A DNA stretch of 64,000 bases from Phoronis australis (taxonomy: Eukaryota; Animalia; Phoronida): positions 177,156 to 241,155 of the forward strand of contig NMRA01000446.1 in NCBI GenBank assembly GCA_002633005.1, in the 5' to 3' direction. Position numbers and translations under genes: made by a program. The notes beneath the pieces were generated by a model. That model was not told the DNA's origin. It searched no databases and saw only the letters and a list, made by a program, of their open reading frames with translations. Below are positions 12,334 to 23,960 of the stretch, piece by piece (the first letter of the stretch is position 1; every line of letters starts with the position of its first letter).

Positions 12334-14210
12334 AACAAGACCAATGCATGAAGCTGAAATGAGCCTACTACTGAACCACCAAATGGTATCCTAACCACCA
12401 AATGGTATCCTCACCACTAAATGGTATCCTCACCACCAGATGGTATCCTCACCACCAGATGGCATCCTCACCACCAGATGGCATCCTTCTAGGGTGTTTA
12501 ATAGTATCAATAAGGCAACTACCTGGCTGAGCATATGTCGAACACATCCGAAAATGGCCTTGTTGTCCCCCAAATAGAAAACTTTGCCATAATTCCAACG
12601 TAAAAAATAGATGTGTCACTTAGAGTGGGCACAGCAGTTGTCAGATCCAACCTGAAGAAGTTCTCATTTGTTGCAACGCTCATAGAGAAACACTTGTCAT
12701 ATTTTACAAAGATCTTGCAAGGGGTTTAGGAGATACAGCTGTGGATGCAAAAAAACAAATTGCGCAACCAGCGGGTACCACTGTGGTGGAACCTATATGA
12801 AAATCAACATCAATTACCGGCATATTGTTGTCAGTAGGAAAATTTCTGTCATTTTCTTCATGATCCATTGAGCAGTTTCGTGAAACTAATAAAAATGGCC
12901 ACTAGTAGACGCAGAATAAAATTAATCCGTCCGAAAATAGAAAGGTGTTGCCATCTCCTCAATAAAAACCTATTTGACATATTTCACAAAATTGTTTCAA
13001 GGAACTCTGAAGGTACAGAGGTAAACGTAAAAATAGAATTCCCACTAGGATACACAGTGGCACGGACATCCTAATCATCTGTTGTTACAATCATAGAGAA
13101 CTTTTGTCAAATTCCATGAAGTTCCCACAAGGAGTTGAGACACAGCTGCAAATTAACAAAACCAATAATGCCACAAGGCTGTACCACACCAGTCAAACCG
13201 TCAAATCAATGTCAGTTGTATAGCCTGTGCAGGAACATATGTGTCAAAAACTCATAACTTATATAAATGGACACTAGATGGCGCAGAATATGGTGAATCT
13301 ATTAGAAAACGGGAACACAGCATCGTAGCCTTCTTCCAAATTTCATGAAAATAAAATCTGTTTAGGAACTCTAAGGAGGTAAAAGTAAAATTGCCACTAG
13401 GGGGCACAGCAGTAGTTACATCCATTCAAATTTGTTGACCATAATTTGCCATCACATAAACACGGGTGAGAAACAACATGACCGCCGGACAATATGCGGT
13501 TTCAATCCCCGGCGGTCATGTTCAGTCCCCGGCGGTCCTGTTTTCTGGTGGGGCGGTCATGTTTTTAGGTGCGTCAGTCCCATTTTCTGGTGCGACGGTC
13601 CCATTTGATCCCCGGAGGTCCTGTTTTGGGTGAGGCGGTCCGATTTAAGAGGACCGGCGGTCATGTTGTTTCTCACCCGTGATAAATGCTAGGAAAATGC
13701 TTGCCAATTTCACAAAGGGTTGAGGAGATACAGCAACAGAAATAAAAATACCAAGGAGGGCAGCACAGTACTCAGGCTCATCCAACAAGTCAGCCATAGT
13801 CTTCTAGGCTGAATTACATCTGCCAAACTTCATAATGATCCTTAAAGCAGCATGGCGGAACGGCAGGCAGACACCAAAACTTAACTCAAAAATAACGGCC
13901 ACTAGGTGATGAAAAATTTGCTGAATCCAATCTTAGATGGGAAGGCGTCGCCATCGTAATCTCCTTAATACAAGCCAACTTGCTAAATTTTATGAACATC
14001 CATAGAGGATTTCAGGGATACAGACACAAATTTAAAAAACAAAATTGCCATGGGTAAAGCAATAGTCAGATCGAACCAAAACTCATTGTCGTCTTACGTC
14101 AGCTTCAAAAGAACACATGTGTCAAATCTCATTAATATACAGCAGCAGATGCTGGACGCTAAAACAGAGATAATGGCAACATGCACCCACGTGACTATGT
14201 GCAAAAAATA
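12334..14210 (+). mobile_element. HINE family A, older diverged copy
   Basis: Degenerate head (aacaagaccaatg), the same ccactag..ggc subrepeats and ggagatacagc motifs, and an eroded 3' tail. Includes a 19-bp tandem expansion at ~12375-12490. Confidence 0.6.
13461..13681. mobile_element. 221-bp MITE with CAC termini and 5-bp TSD (Transib-like)
   Basis: Perfect 28-bp TIR CACGGGTGAGAAACAACATGACCGCCGG. TSD ATAAA at 13456-13460 and 13682-13686. Internal ~20-bp GGCGGTC repeats. Inserted in the old HINE copy. Confidence 0.8.
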
Positions 14211-14383
14211 TTTTTGTCCATTTTTGACAGTTTAAAACAGGCTTACATGGATATAGCTTCCATAAAAGTTGGCTCTTAACTATAATAGAAAATCAGTCGC
14301 AAAACTGGTCTCAACTTAAAAAGGACTTCTTGCAAGAACTGATGATTTATAATTATGTAAGATCAGGACTAATAAGCTGGCAG

Positions 14384-14918
14384 GTCATGTTAAGCACTGA
14401 GCATGGTCGTGTTAAGCACTGAGCATGGTCGTGTTAAGCCCTGAGCATGGTCGTGTTAAGCACTGAGCATGGTCATGTTAAGCACTGAGCATGGTCGTAT
14501 TAAGACCTGATCATGGTCATATTAAGACCTGATGAGCACAGTCGTGTTAAGCACTGAGCTCGGTTGTGTTAAGCACAGAGCATGGTCGTGTTAAGCACTG
14601 AGCACAGTCGTGTTGAGCGCTGAGCATGGTCGTGTTGAGTGCTGAGCATGGTCATGTTGAGCTCTGAGCATGGGCATGTTAAGCACTGAGAATGGTCATG
14701 TTAAGCCCTGAGCATGGTCGTGTTAAGCCCTGAGCATGGTCCTGTTAAGAACTGAGCATGGTCGTGCTAAGCCCTGAGCATGGTCGTGTTAAGCCTTGAG
14801 CATGGTCATATTAAGCTCTGAGCATGGTCGTGTTAAGCCTTGAGCATGGTCATGTTAAGCCCTAAGGATGGTCGTGTTAAGCACTGAGCATGGTCCTATT
14901 AAGCGCTAAGCATGGTCT
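14384..14918. repeat. 22-bp minisatellite (gtcgtgttaagcactgagcatg), ~24 copies
   Basis: Head-to-tail units with no unique spacers. Confidence 0.95.
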
Positions 14919-15468
14919 CAAAAAGAGATTTGACAAGCAAACAAATTATTACTCATTTGAATAAGATCAATCAATAAGCAGTTATATCTATTTTGTCAGC
15001 TCTTGGACAGAACCACAGTGCAGATGTTTGTGCAAAAAAAAGCTACTCTCCATATTACATTTTTATTCAATGTTTAGTTTTTTACTCGTTTTCTGATTAG
15101 CAGTATAAGTACATTATGCTTTAAGTGCCCCGGGCTGGTTTCTATCTGCTTAGGACTACAGACTTTAAATTAATGAACTGAACTGAACTGAACAGACAGT
15201 TCAAATCAGTTTTATGAGTCAGATCCATGAGCTACTGTTTGCTGGCTGAAGGAAATTCACACATCATGTCTTGCCAGAACATTTTTGATAATTTTTAACA
15301 GATTAAAAATTCATTCACAACAATATCACCCATAAGTTATTTTTATACAAAAAGACGACATTAGGAAAACCATAAGGCAATAAATACTCATCATTTTTCC
15401 ATGTCTAATTATGTGATATTGGCCACTTAGCGCAGCATAGCCATCAGTTGCATAGCTCCAACACCCAC

Positions 15469-15659
15469 CTACAGAGGGCCTCTGGGTCGAAGTACTTGGT
15501 GTGCCGGCAATCTATGATGACAACATCGTGCTGCTTGTCCATGAAACACTCGAGGGCCGCTTCAGGTGTGCGTACAATGTTGCACTTGTAGCCGCCCTTG
15601 TCGGCCGCCCACCATAGACTGTCACTCTGAGCATCCTCCTTACTGAACACTAGCAGCAA
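15469..15659 (-). CDS. PDE8: PDE8 coding exon 3, REC (receiver-like) domain ([64 protein letters not shown])
   Basis: Strong similarity to the PDE8 REC domain (vertebrate [45 protein letters not shown]). ttcag| acceptor, AG|gtgggt donor, 191 nt, phase 0/2. Confidence 0.95.
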
Positions 15660-15823
15660 CTGAAGAAATGAACATCATTCAGTTACAGGGTGGAGAAACA
15701 ATCCAGTCAGTGAACTTTGTGGGCTCGAAAACACTGGCCAGACATCAAAATTCAATGTCTTGTCACTCTACGCAGTATGGCAAATTGAGCAAGCTACACT
15801 ATTTTAAGGAGTGAGCAAGACAG

Positions 15824-15853
15824 ATGTTGTTGTTGTTGTTGTTGTTGTTGTTG
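15824..15853. repeat. (GTT)n microsatellite
   Basis: Directly visible. Confidence 0.95.
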
Positions 15854-16725
15854 AAATGTTAGGAGATGCAATAACTTACATTGACTACCAACAGTAATTG
15901 GCTAAGCTCTTAGCTCACATCGACCACGTACTATAAGAATTTACGCTCAAAAGGTAAAAGAAGTCCAGCAATAGATTTATTCGCAAAATCCTCTTGCTGC
16001 GCTTTTCTGTAGACAAGAGCTACGAACTAAGCTCATTTGAATTCAAGAAAGGTAGATCTCGGTCTGCGCTGCCCCCTACTGTTGTCCAGAAGAAATAAAA
16101 AATACACTGTTTAACCCCACCACTTGTATGTGCAATAGATTAATAAGTTTTTCATCCTCTCAAAATCATAGCATGCGAGGTGCGATCCTTTATTATGTGT
16201 GAGAGGGAAGCCAATGACGCTTCATAACCTGAATAGGAATCAAGACTTGTAGTGCCTCCCATGTCGTTCAGCAAAAAAGTCAACCAGGTGCCACAACCCA
16301 TTCAGCGAACCCTAACCAGTGATCGGAAGACTGAGTGAATCCTCAAATCACAGATTAGGATCCCCGTGGTCACATCTGAGACTGTACGTATGAGGAAATC
16401 GTGCTGGACGAAAATAATTGCTGGAATTGCCTCCTTCATTTTAGTGGTTTCTAAGCAACAATGCTGTGAATGCTCACAATTCTTCAAAGCTTCATCGGAA
16501 TGATGGTAGCAACAAAGAACTTGAAAATACAGCAAAGCATTTATTCCGCGATGGTCCATGCAAGCAGCGATAATGAAATTTCTTGTCCGCAATCTTGTGT
16601 CCCAAATTGGTGGGATTACCATAATCGTGTTAACTACGGTGAATATCAAATGGAATCGTGAATACGATACAAACTACAAGGATGGTAAGTGAGTGCTGTG
16701 CTACGTCAACAAAGTCAATACTTGC

Positions 16726-16782
16726 CGACATCGTTTGTTGCTTCAGTTTCATTGGACCAAAAGTAATGTCTGTATCACACCC
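16726..16782 (-). CDS. PDE8: PDE8 coding exon 2 (GCDTDITFGPMKLKQQTMS), 57 nt
   Basis: Not in the ORF track; found by reading the minus strand. Acceptor ttacag|GGG. The GPMKL motif matches PDE8 GPM(R/K)L just before the REC domain. Donor TCG|gcaagt (GC type). Phase 0/0 fits exons 1 and 3. Confidence 0.85.
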
Positions 16783-17105
16783 CTGTAATGAGAGGAAAGA
16801 TTTGTGAATTAGGTTTTTGATTTAAGTCGATTAGATATAGAGAACCTGGAAGGCAGTGTTTTCATTAAACCTCAGTATTTAAAACCTCACTTTATGAATC
16901 TTAACAGTGACCATTTCATTGCTCGTGTTCGATTTTCATTACTAAAGCCGTGTCCACATTTAGATGAGTTACCGTGGAACACCTTGTCCTAGTCAGCTTT
17001 AAGTCTCCACACTACACACCATAAACCATGCCAACAATTTGGTTCAACAATGATTAGACATCTCCATGTGTGTGACTGTCTGAGGAAGTACACAGCGGAT
17101 AATTA

Positions 17106-17452
17106 CAGTAAAAATTCTCCAGTTTGGGGACAGTGAAAAAATAGTGTTTTTGCTCAAGGTTGGAGCTTGCACCAAATTTTAGAATAGTCAATAGCGACTA
17201 TCCCAAATAGTCAATGACATAGGACTGTTAACCATAATTCTTAACACTATGAAGGTGCATGAAAACATTGCATTACCGGCTCTTTTCAGGAACTGCAAAG
17301 TTTATTTTCAGATTCTGATTATTCAAGACACTATTGGAGAAATATGATGAACGCTAAAATTCCCAATGTGCCAGTCTTTAGAATCCAAAAAATTCAAATT
17401 TTTCTTACATTTCAAACTTAAGAGACTGTCCCAAACCAGAGAATTTTTACTG
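17106..17452. mobile_element. Tc1/mariner (pogo/Tigger-like) MITE
   Basis: TA|CAGTAAAAATTCTCCAGTTTGGGACAG ... CTGTCCCAAACCAGAGAATTTTTACTG|TA. Related fragments near 3941, 17610, 47250-47580 and 48610. Confidence 0.75.
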
Positions 17453-18286
17453 TACTTGTGCTGTGTCTGCATTCACATTCACCTTTCATCTTAAGCTCAG
17501 ACAAGTTACCCCAGAACAAGTGTCACGTTGTGCAAATAGTGTAGACACCACTACCAAACGTAGTGACTCTTTCCGACACTCGTAGTGTGGACGGCACTTT
17601 AGTCTAACAGACAGTAAAATCTCACCAATTTAGGACAAAATTAAGGGAACAAATGAAATTTCATTTTTTCATGTTGTTATGTTTGAAGCTTATGAATAAT
17701 GAAAAAAATCAAATTTGATGAATAATTTTGTCTGACTCTGGTGAGATTTCTCAGATTTGGAGAATCAGGAAAACGAAAGATACAACTTAAAAATAAAAAT
17801 AAGGAAATACTTTAAGAAGAACTTGTAAGTTTTATAATTATTTTAAAAGAATATACAGCAAATACAAAAGCAAAGGACACACACACACTTACTACACTCA
17901 CACACGTATATCGAGGCCTGCCAACAAAATTAGAACCCATGCATACTCAAGAAACAAAAGAGCCAGAGAGGACCATCTATTGTTAAATTTTTCATATTCA
18001 CAATTTCTGAAATAGCCTATTGGAGGGATGATAGAAGTAATGAAATGTGGTAGCTCAACTAGTCACAAATTAAAAGGAACAGGTGGTCAAGTTACAACAG
18101 TGACATAACATTCAACAGGCCAATCAGCTTGGCTTGCAGAGTAAAGGAGATGATCTATATGATATTCAAGTAGAAGGGAAGACCACCAGGTAACCATGGC
18201 AACACACCCACACAGGTACACAATCACAGTAAACTATAATTGCAGTGTCAAGACAAAGGCCTCTTCATATTGTTGTTCAGCAATCT

Positions 18287-18443
18287 GTGCCTAGCACAAC
18301 CTCCATGTGAGTACAGTGCAACACCATAATTATAAGAGTGCCTAGCACAACCTCCATGTGAGTACAGTGCAACACCATAATTACAAGAGTGCCTAGCACA
18401 ACCTCCATGTGAGTACAGTGCAACACCATAATTATAAGAGTGC
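18287..18443. repeat. 51-bp tandem repeat, 3 copies
   Basis: Units start at 18287, 18338 and 18389. Explains the repetitive ORF 18248-18454. Confidence 0.92.
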
Positions 18444-20706
18444 CACGACCTCAAGACAAGTCTGAGTATTTAGCTACGTAAATATCAACAAACTGTAGAT
18501 TTAAATCAGTAAAACTAAACATTTTCTGAAAGTAGAAAGCCTGTAGAATTTGATTCTGACTTTAAATATGTCATTAATTGGGTCACGTATTTTTAGGAAA
18601 AGATGAAAAGTACATTCATAGCATAACAAAGGGATCAGTAACATAACTAAATTTTGCTTGATTATAAAAAAACATTCAAGATGAAATATCAAAAACGCTG
18701 CTAGCTTTCTAAATTATTGTTTCATTTTCGTTAAACAGAACTTTCGAATTTTTCATGAAAATCATAATTCTGATTGATAGTCTCTCATGCAAATTATTAC
18801 AATAAGTGGCCACTAAATTAAAAATACCTTTTTGGAAGAAAGCAAGATTTTAAACGCCACTTTAATCTAAGCTTTTATGTTTTTAAATAACTTACGAAAT
18901 AGAAAAATAAATTATTGCAAAAACGATGGCACTAAGAAACTTAGACTAAAGTGGTCAAGGTTCAGGTCAATAAATTAACTAAAATAACTGAAGATCCACG
19001 CACTTGTATTACAATAAATAACAACGTGTACAAATGGCGAGGGAATGGGACATTAACTTGTCACAAACTTTCCGTTTGACTTTATTGCGGCTGTTCTTAT
19101 TAATAAAAAATAATATACGCGTGTCAACCAGCAGGTCCAATCCATTTTGTAGTCATTTTAGTGCTGTAGTGACACTACTGGCGAAATCTCAAGCGCCGTC
19201 TATCTTTCTCCAACAATGGAGCCATAGACAGGATTCTATGCCTTTACCACCAGACATGTTCCTAAATTTCCATGGAGAGGATGTTTAAATCACGTGAAAA
19301 TTTGCCATTCGATTTCTCCAAAATATCCATGATGAAACAACTATCCACTGTACTAACTAATCAAGATCTAAGACTCCTGAAAGTGCCAAGTTTAAATCAA
19401 TTGTCTATCTCAGTGTGCTTAAGATGACCCAAATTCTACAAATTACACAACTGCCTCTAATCAATGAACATAAAGAATGAAAGCTATGAATTATAAATGA
19501 CTGTAGTATTGATCTAAAGAGTTAATTGGTTATCAGGCTAAACATACAGACAACAATGGAACTGTTTTCACTGAAACATGGTGTGGGAACGATTCACTCT
19601 TTGGAATTAGTTATAAATATTCCTAACATACTTCTACCCTTATAACAGACAAAGTTGAAAGTCTTGACTCTAGGCCCAAAACTGAAGGCTCCACCTCCAA
19701 TTCCATAATCTTGGAAACAAGGTCAAGGGCCAGAGTCTCATTTCCGGAATCAAACTCGAAATTAACTTCATATTATCTGTTCAGTTTAAGATGCCAGCTC
19801 AAGATAAGTACTGGAGTATATTAAGGTTTGTGAAGATCAGTTTCTCTGCACCCAAGTATATAATATTAAGGTTTACGAAGGTCAGTTTCTCTGCACTGCA
19901 CCCCAGTATATTAAGGCTAAGAAGGTCTGAGTTTCTATGCCAAGTTCACACTTGATGACTGCTAGATTCACATTTTAAACTTTAGTTCTAAGTCGAGACT
20001 TCGAATAAAAACTCAAAATTTCGAGCTCAGACTCGAATTTATAGCATTAATACTGGGGTCGAGAGCAAAATAGGAAGACACTCACCACTGAAAAAACACT
20101 GACAGAAAATTTGTTAAAGAAAACTACAAATGAAAAATGTCAAAAATAATTTTGATTTCCATTCTGAGAATAAACCCCGATTAGACCTTGGGCCCAGAGT
20201 TCAAATTTTTTTCATTTTGTGACGCTTGGTTTAAAAACTAGTCTTACAAAATCATACATTTTCCACTCTCCTAACAACCCTGAGCGCATGATTTTGTCAC
20301 ATAAAAATCTGCACCTTCTGTCACCAGGGCTGTGACTCCATCTGATAGGGTTCGGGGTCTGGATTGTTTCACCACCCTTCTGTTTCAGTTTGTTGAGTTA
20401 AACACAGGTGGCAAGGCACTAGAATTTTAAAAAATACAAAAGTTGGCAAATACAACACGTTTCAAAAAAAAAATGCCCAGTGGATTTGTTGAAATTATTG
20501 CAAAAAACTCAGATGGAAACCATATGCAAAATAGTCACTGAAATATTTGAAATTAGCCTCCCATTTTTTCCTTCAAATTTTTATCAATTTTCCGAAGACA
20601 TTAGTTATTTTCTTCACTTATCATGAAAACGATTAATCCTATGGTAAAACATTCTATTATTTTCTATTATTCAATTGCTAATCCTGTCCTTTTCCATTAT
20701 TCAATT

Positions 20707-20950
20707 TTAAAAAATAATTGCAGGCGGTCTGATACACGTTGTATCAGACGTGCGCAGGCCTCGCATGTGGACCCATTGCACTGATCACCTGGAAATATTT
20801 TTATGCTTTATTGATATATGGTTAAAACCGAGCTGACGAGCTAGAAACCTGGCTCAAGGGTTTAGCAGTGTGACCTGGTGGGACTTGAACCCATGACCTC
20901 GAGTAAAGAAAGCCAAGCCTGCACTTATCAACCAGGCCACACTGCCTCCT
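20707..20950 (-). mobile_element. tRNA-derived SINE (~245 bp) with 13-14-bp TSD
   Basis: Minus strand shows A-box-like TGGCCTGGTTG and B-box GGTTCAAGTCCC, plus a 3' hairpin tctgatacacgttgtatcaga. TSD ccattattcaatt at 20694-20706 and 20951-20963. Confidence 0.8.
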
Positions 20951-21050
20951 CCATTATTCAATTGCTAATCCTGTCCTTTTCCATTATTCAATTGCTAATC
21001 CTGTCCTTTTCCATTATTCAATTGCTAATCCTGTCCTTTTCCATTATTTA
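20951..21050. repeat. 30-bp tandem repeat, ~3.3 copies, plus one more unit left of the SINE (~20665-20706)
   Basis: ccattattcaattgctaatcctgtcctttt. Confidence 0.9.
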
Positions 21051-23061
21051 AATGCTTGATGTTGACAAAATTGTTATTAGATGACAAATGTAAGGTCTAA
21101 AACCAAGTTAATAATTAAGTAAAAGGTTTGTAATATTTAGTGGCTGATCTATGGGCTAGCCTAGGGGTTCACAAATTTACAACCAGTGCTTTTTTACCTC
21201 ATTGGAAAAAATTTGCTATTGCTGTTTTGTGGAACACTGTCTAATTTAGAATGTAAAATGGAGTCTCCGAGCACAACTTCTAAAGGACCAACAGTTGCAA
21301 CAACCCAGAAAGGGTAAAATAAAATATCACCAATTCTGGAAGTAATATCGCTAACAAGTCAAATATCATTTTCCCACTATGCATCAGATTAATTTTCTAT
21401 CACTTTCGAGTTCTGTTCCTTGGCCCTGTGAGCCAGCACTTAAAATTTGTGAGCACTCTCAACAGTGTTTGAAAGCTCTTGAGAAATGAAAAGCACAATT
21501 TTGGCAATTAGGTTTTACCCCAATCGACGAAATTCTAACACAACCATCAGCATATTTTTACTTGTTTGTTCTTTTTCAGTCATACTTGAAGGCGCATTTA
21601 CGAAAATCTTTTATAACAAACTGGTTTGTTGAACTGTATCCCAGTAAAAAAATCTGACAAGATTGCTGTGTAAAAGAACCAGGATGACAGTTACCGACCA
21701 CTTTTGTCTGTCCCTGTTTGCCCCACTTAAACATGGCTGATTACCCCTAATGTGAGGCACTTGTTACACAACCCAACATTGCATTGTGCAGCAAATTTGT
21801 CGAAGAAGCAAAAGCTAAAAAGGTGCAGGCATTATATTACAAAATCAACACTGAAATGGCCATCCAGGGGTCAGGAGCATTTGTTATGTCAACAGGTTTC
21901 AGAGATCTTGTAACAGGATATTCATAGTACATGAAACTTATGGGGCTCAGTATTCTCTCCCAAAAGAGAATTCAAACTCAATGGGAATTACAAAATTCGT
22001 GTATATGTACGCTATGTCTATACTGCGCCAAATAAATGTCACACCAAAATTGAAACTCAATACTGAAACAAGTCAAATCGTGATGTGGAGAACACACAAT
22101 GTTCTTTATTCAACTGCAATTTGGAAAAACAATTGCCAGAATCATATAAGATTTTAGTTTTTACAAAAACTTCAAACTTTTCGTGAATGTTCACAAATGT
22201 CGGAAAATATCGCACGACAGCATAAAAAACTTGATGATTTTCATCGAAATTTGTATCAGGCGACAACCCAAAATGAAATGAGATGAAAAATAACAACATT
22301 CGAAAATTTGCCACAAATTTTGGCTTCAAAATTCCTGTGATTTTCGATAAGAAGAAATATTGTTAGCTATTTTTGAAAATTACTGTAGCTATGAAAGAAA
22401 ACGTAAAGACGCTAAGAAAAATTTTGACTCTTTAATCTTTGTTCTTTATGAAAATTAAAAAAATCCGAATGTCTACATAGCCTGGTAAAGTAGTTTGAAT
22501 TTAACCTAGGGAACACCAAATGGAATCAATAAAACTGACACATTCCTGAACTTAAACATTAAAGAGTAAAGATGACTATCAACCAAGCAAATTGGAATTA
22601 ATGGCATAATCTAACATTATCCATACGAAATATGTATTAACTCAAATCTATTAGAAGGTGCTGAATACATAACTAGAAGAATCCCTGTCGTGTTCAAATA
22701 TATAGTGAATCCAGTTGCATCACCATACGAAAATGATGAATGTGATGAAAAGCTTTTAACAAGTCAATGAAAACATATGTAAACACAGGCTATTATTAGT
22801 ATGCCATCAGTATGATAGTACTCTGGCACTGTATCTATAATTTCCTCTGTAAATATTGACCGACGCACAGACACACAAATAAATATATACCAATAATCAG
22901 AAACCGGAGTTGGTTAAGTGTTGTCAAAAAAAATATTTACTACTACGTTGTTCAAGTGGGAAATTACGGGGCCTCTCAAACAAAATGAAAGGCCCACACA
23001 GTTCCCTATTTTTCATCATAGTTATTAACTGGACTATTAGCAACTGAGGAATCTTTCGGCT

Positions 23062-23960
23062 TTCGCGCATGCGCACCTTGATTTTGGCCTAAAACAGTTT
23101 TCTCCTGCAGAGGGCGCATCATAGGGCCAATTCCTTCGAATTTATGCAATTGTTAGTTTCTTATGACATACTATTGTACATAGCCATTATCCCGGAAGTT
23201 GCTGCCAAGATGGCGGATCTGGCGCATGTTAACCCGTTTTCAGTCGTGCTGGAGTGCGATTTTAAATGGGAAGACAAAAAGACGTGATTTTTTGCACGTG
23301 GATTCTTTGAGGTATACTCTTTCAAATGACCTGTAACAATTTTTTCTCAGACTTACCGTTTTCGAGTTATTTGGCTTTGAAATTCTTAAAAAAAACGCAA
23401 AATTTCATTTTTTTCGACAAATTTATGGAATTAGGCGATACCATCAGTTTACATAGAGTTTTGAACGGGCTTTCAGAAGATGTCTTCTATTTTTCGTTAG
23501 GACGTCTACTTTTCGAGTTAATTGAGATTTTCTGTTAATGTTGTTCCTTTGTTGAGCGCTCTTGCTGCATTGATGTTGGTTTAGCTTCTATTGAACTAGA
23601 CTGTAGCCTATTTCTTATTAATTTATGACATCTAAGTTCGTCACATGAACGTTATGATGTTGTTCATAATCGCCACCACCATCATCATGTTCGTCATCAT
23701 CTTCGACGTCGTCTTTTTCTTCAGTTAATTTCGCCAAGTGTCGCTCAAGACTGTAGCCTATTTCTCAGTGATTTCTGACTTCTACGTTCGTCATATGAAT
23801 GATATCATAACTTGCTTTGTCCATCATCGCCACCATCGTCGCCATAGCTGTCATCTTAGTCATCATCTCTGTCGTCGTCTTTTCTCGTCATCTCTAACGT
23901 GGTTTTTTTGGTTAATTTCGCCAAGTTTCGCTCCTTGGAGCGCTTTCATATTATTTTGCA
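23062..23960 (-). mobile_element. HINE family B, truncated copy
   Basis: Colinear and highly similar to 26817-27690. Confidence 0.65.

Noticed and set aside
14384-14918. Regular short repeats (also 32917, 55393, 61647) as CRISPR-like arrays
   Set aside because: Units are head-to-tail without unique spacers, no cas genes are present, and the context is eukaryotic intron. They are ordinary minisatellites.
15444-15659. Bacterial-type response regulator or horizontal transfer
   Set aside because: It is the known REC domain exon of metazoan PDE8, with canonical splice sites in phase with neighbouring exons.
20860-20950. Functional tRNA gene
   Set aside because: A and B boxes are present but there is no proper cloverleaf, and it is attached to a body flanked by a TSD. 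It is a SINE head.
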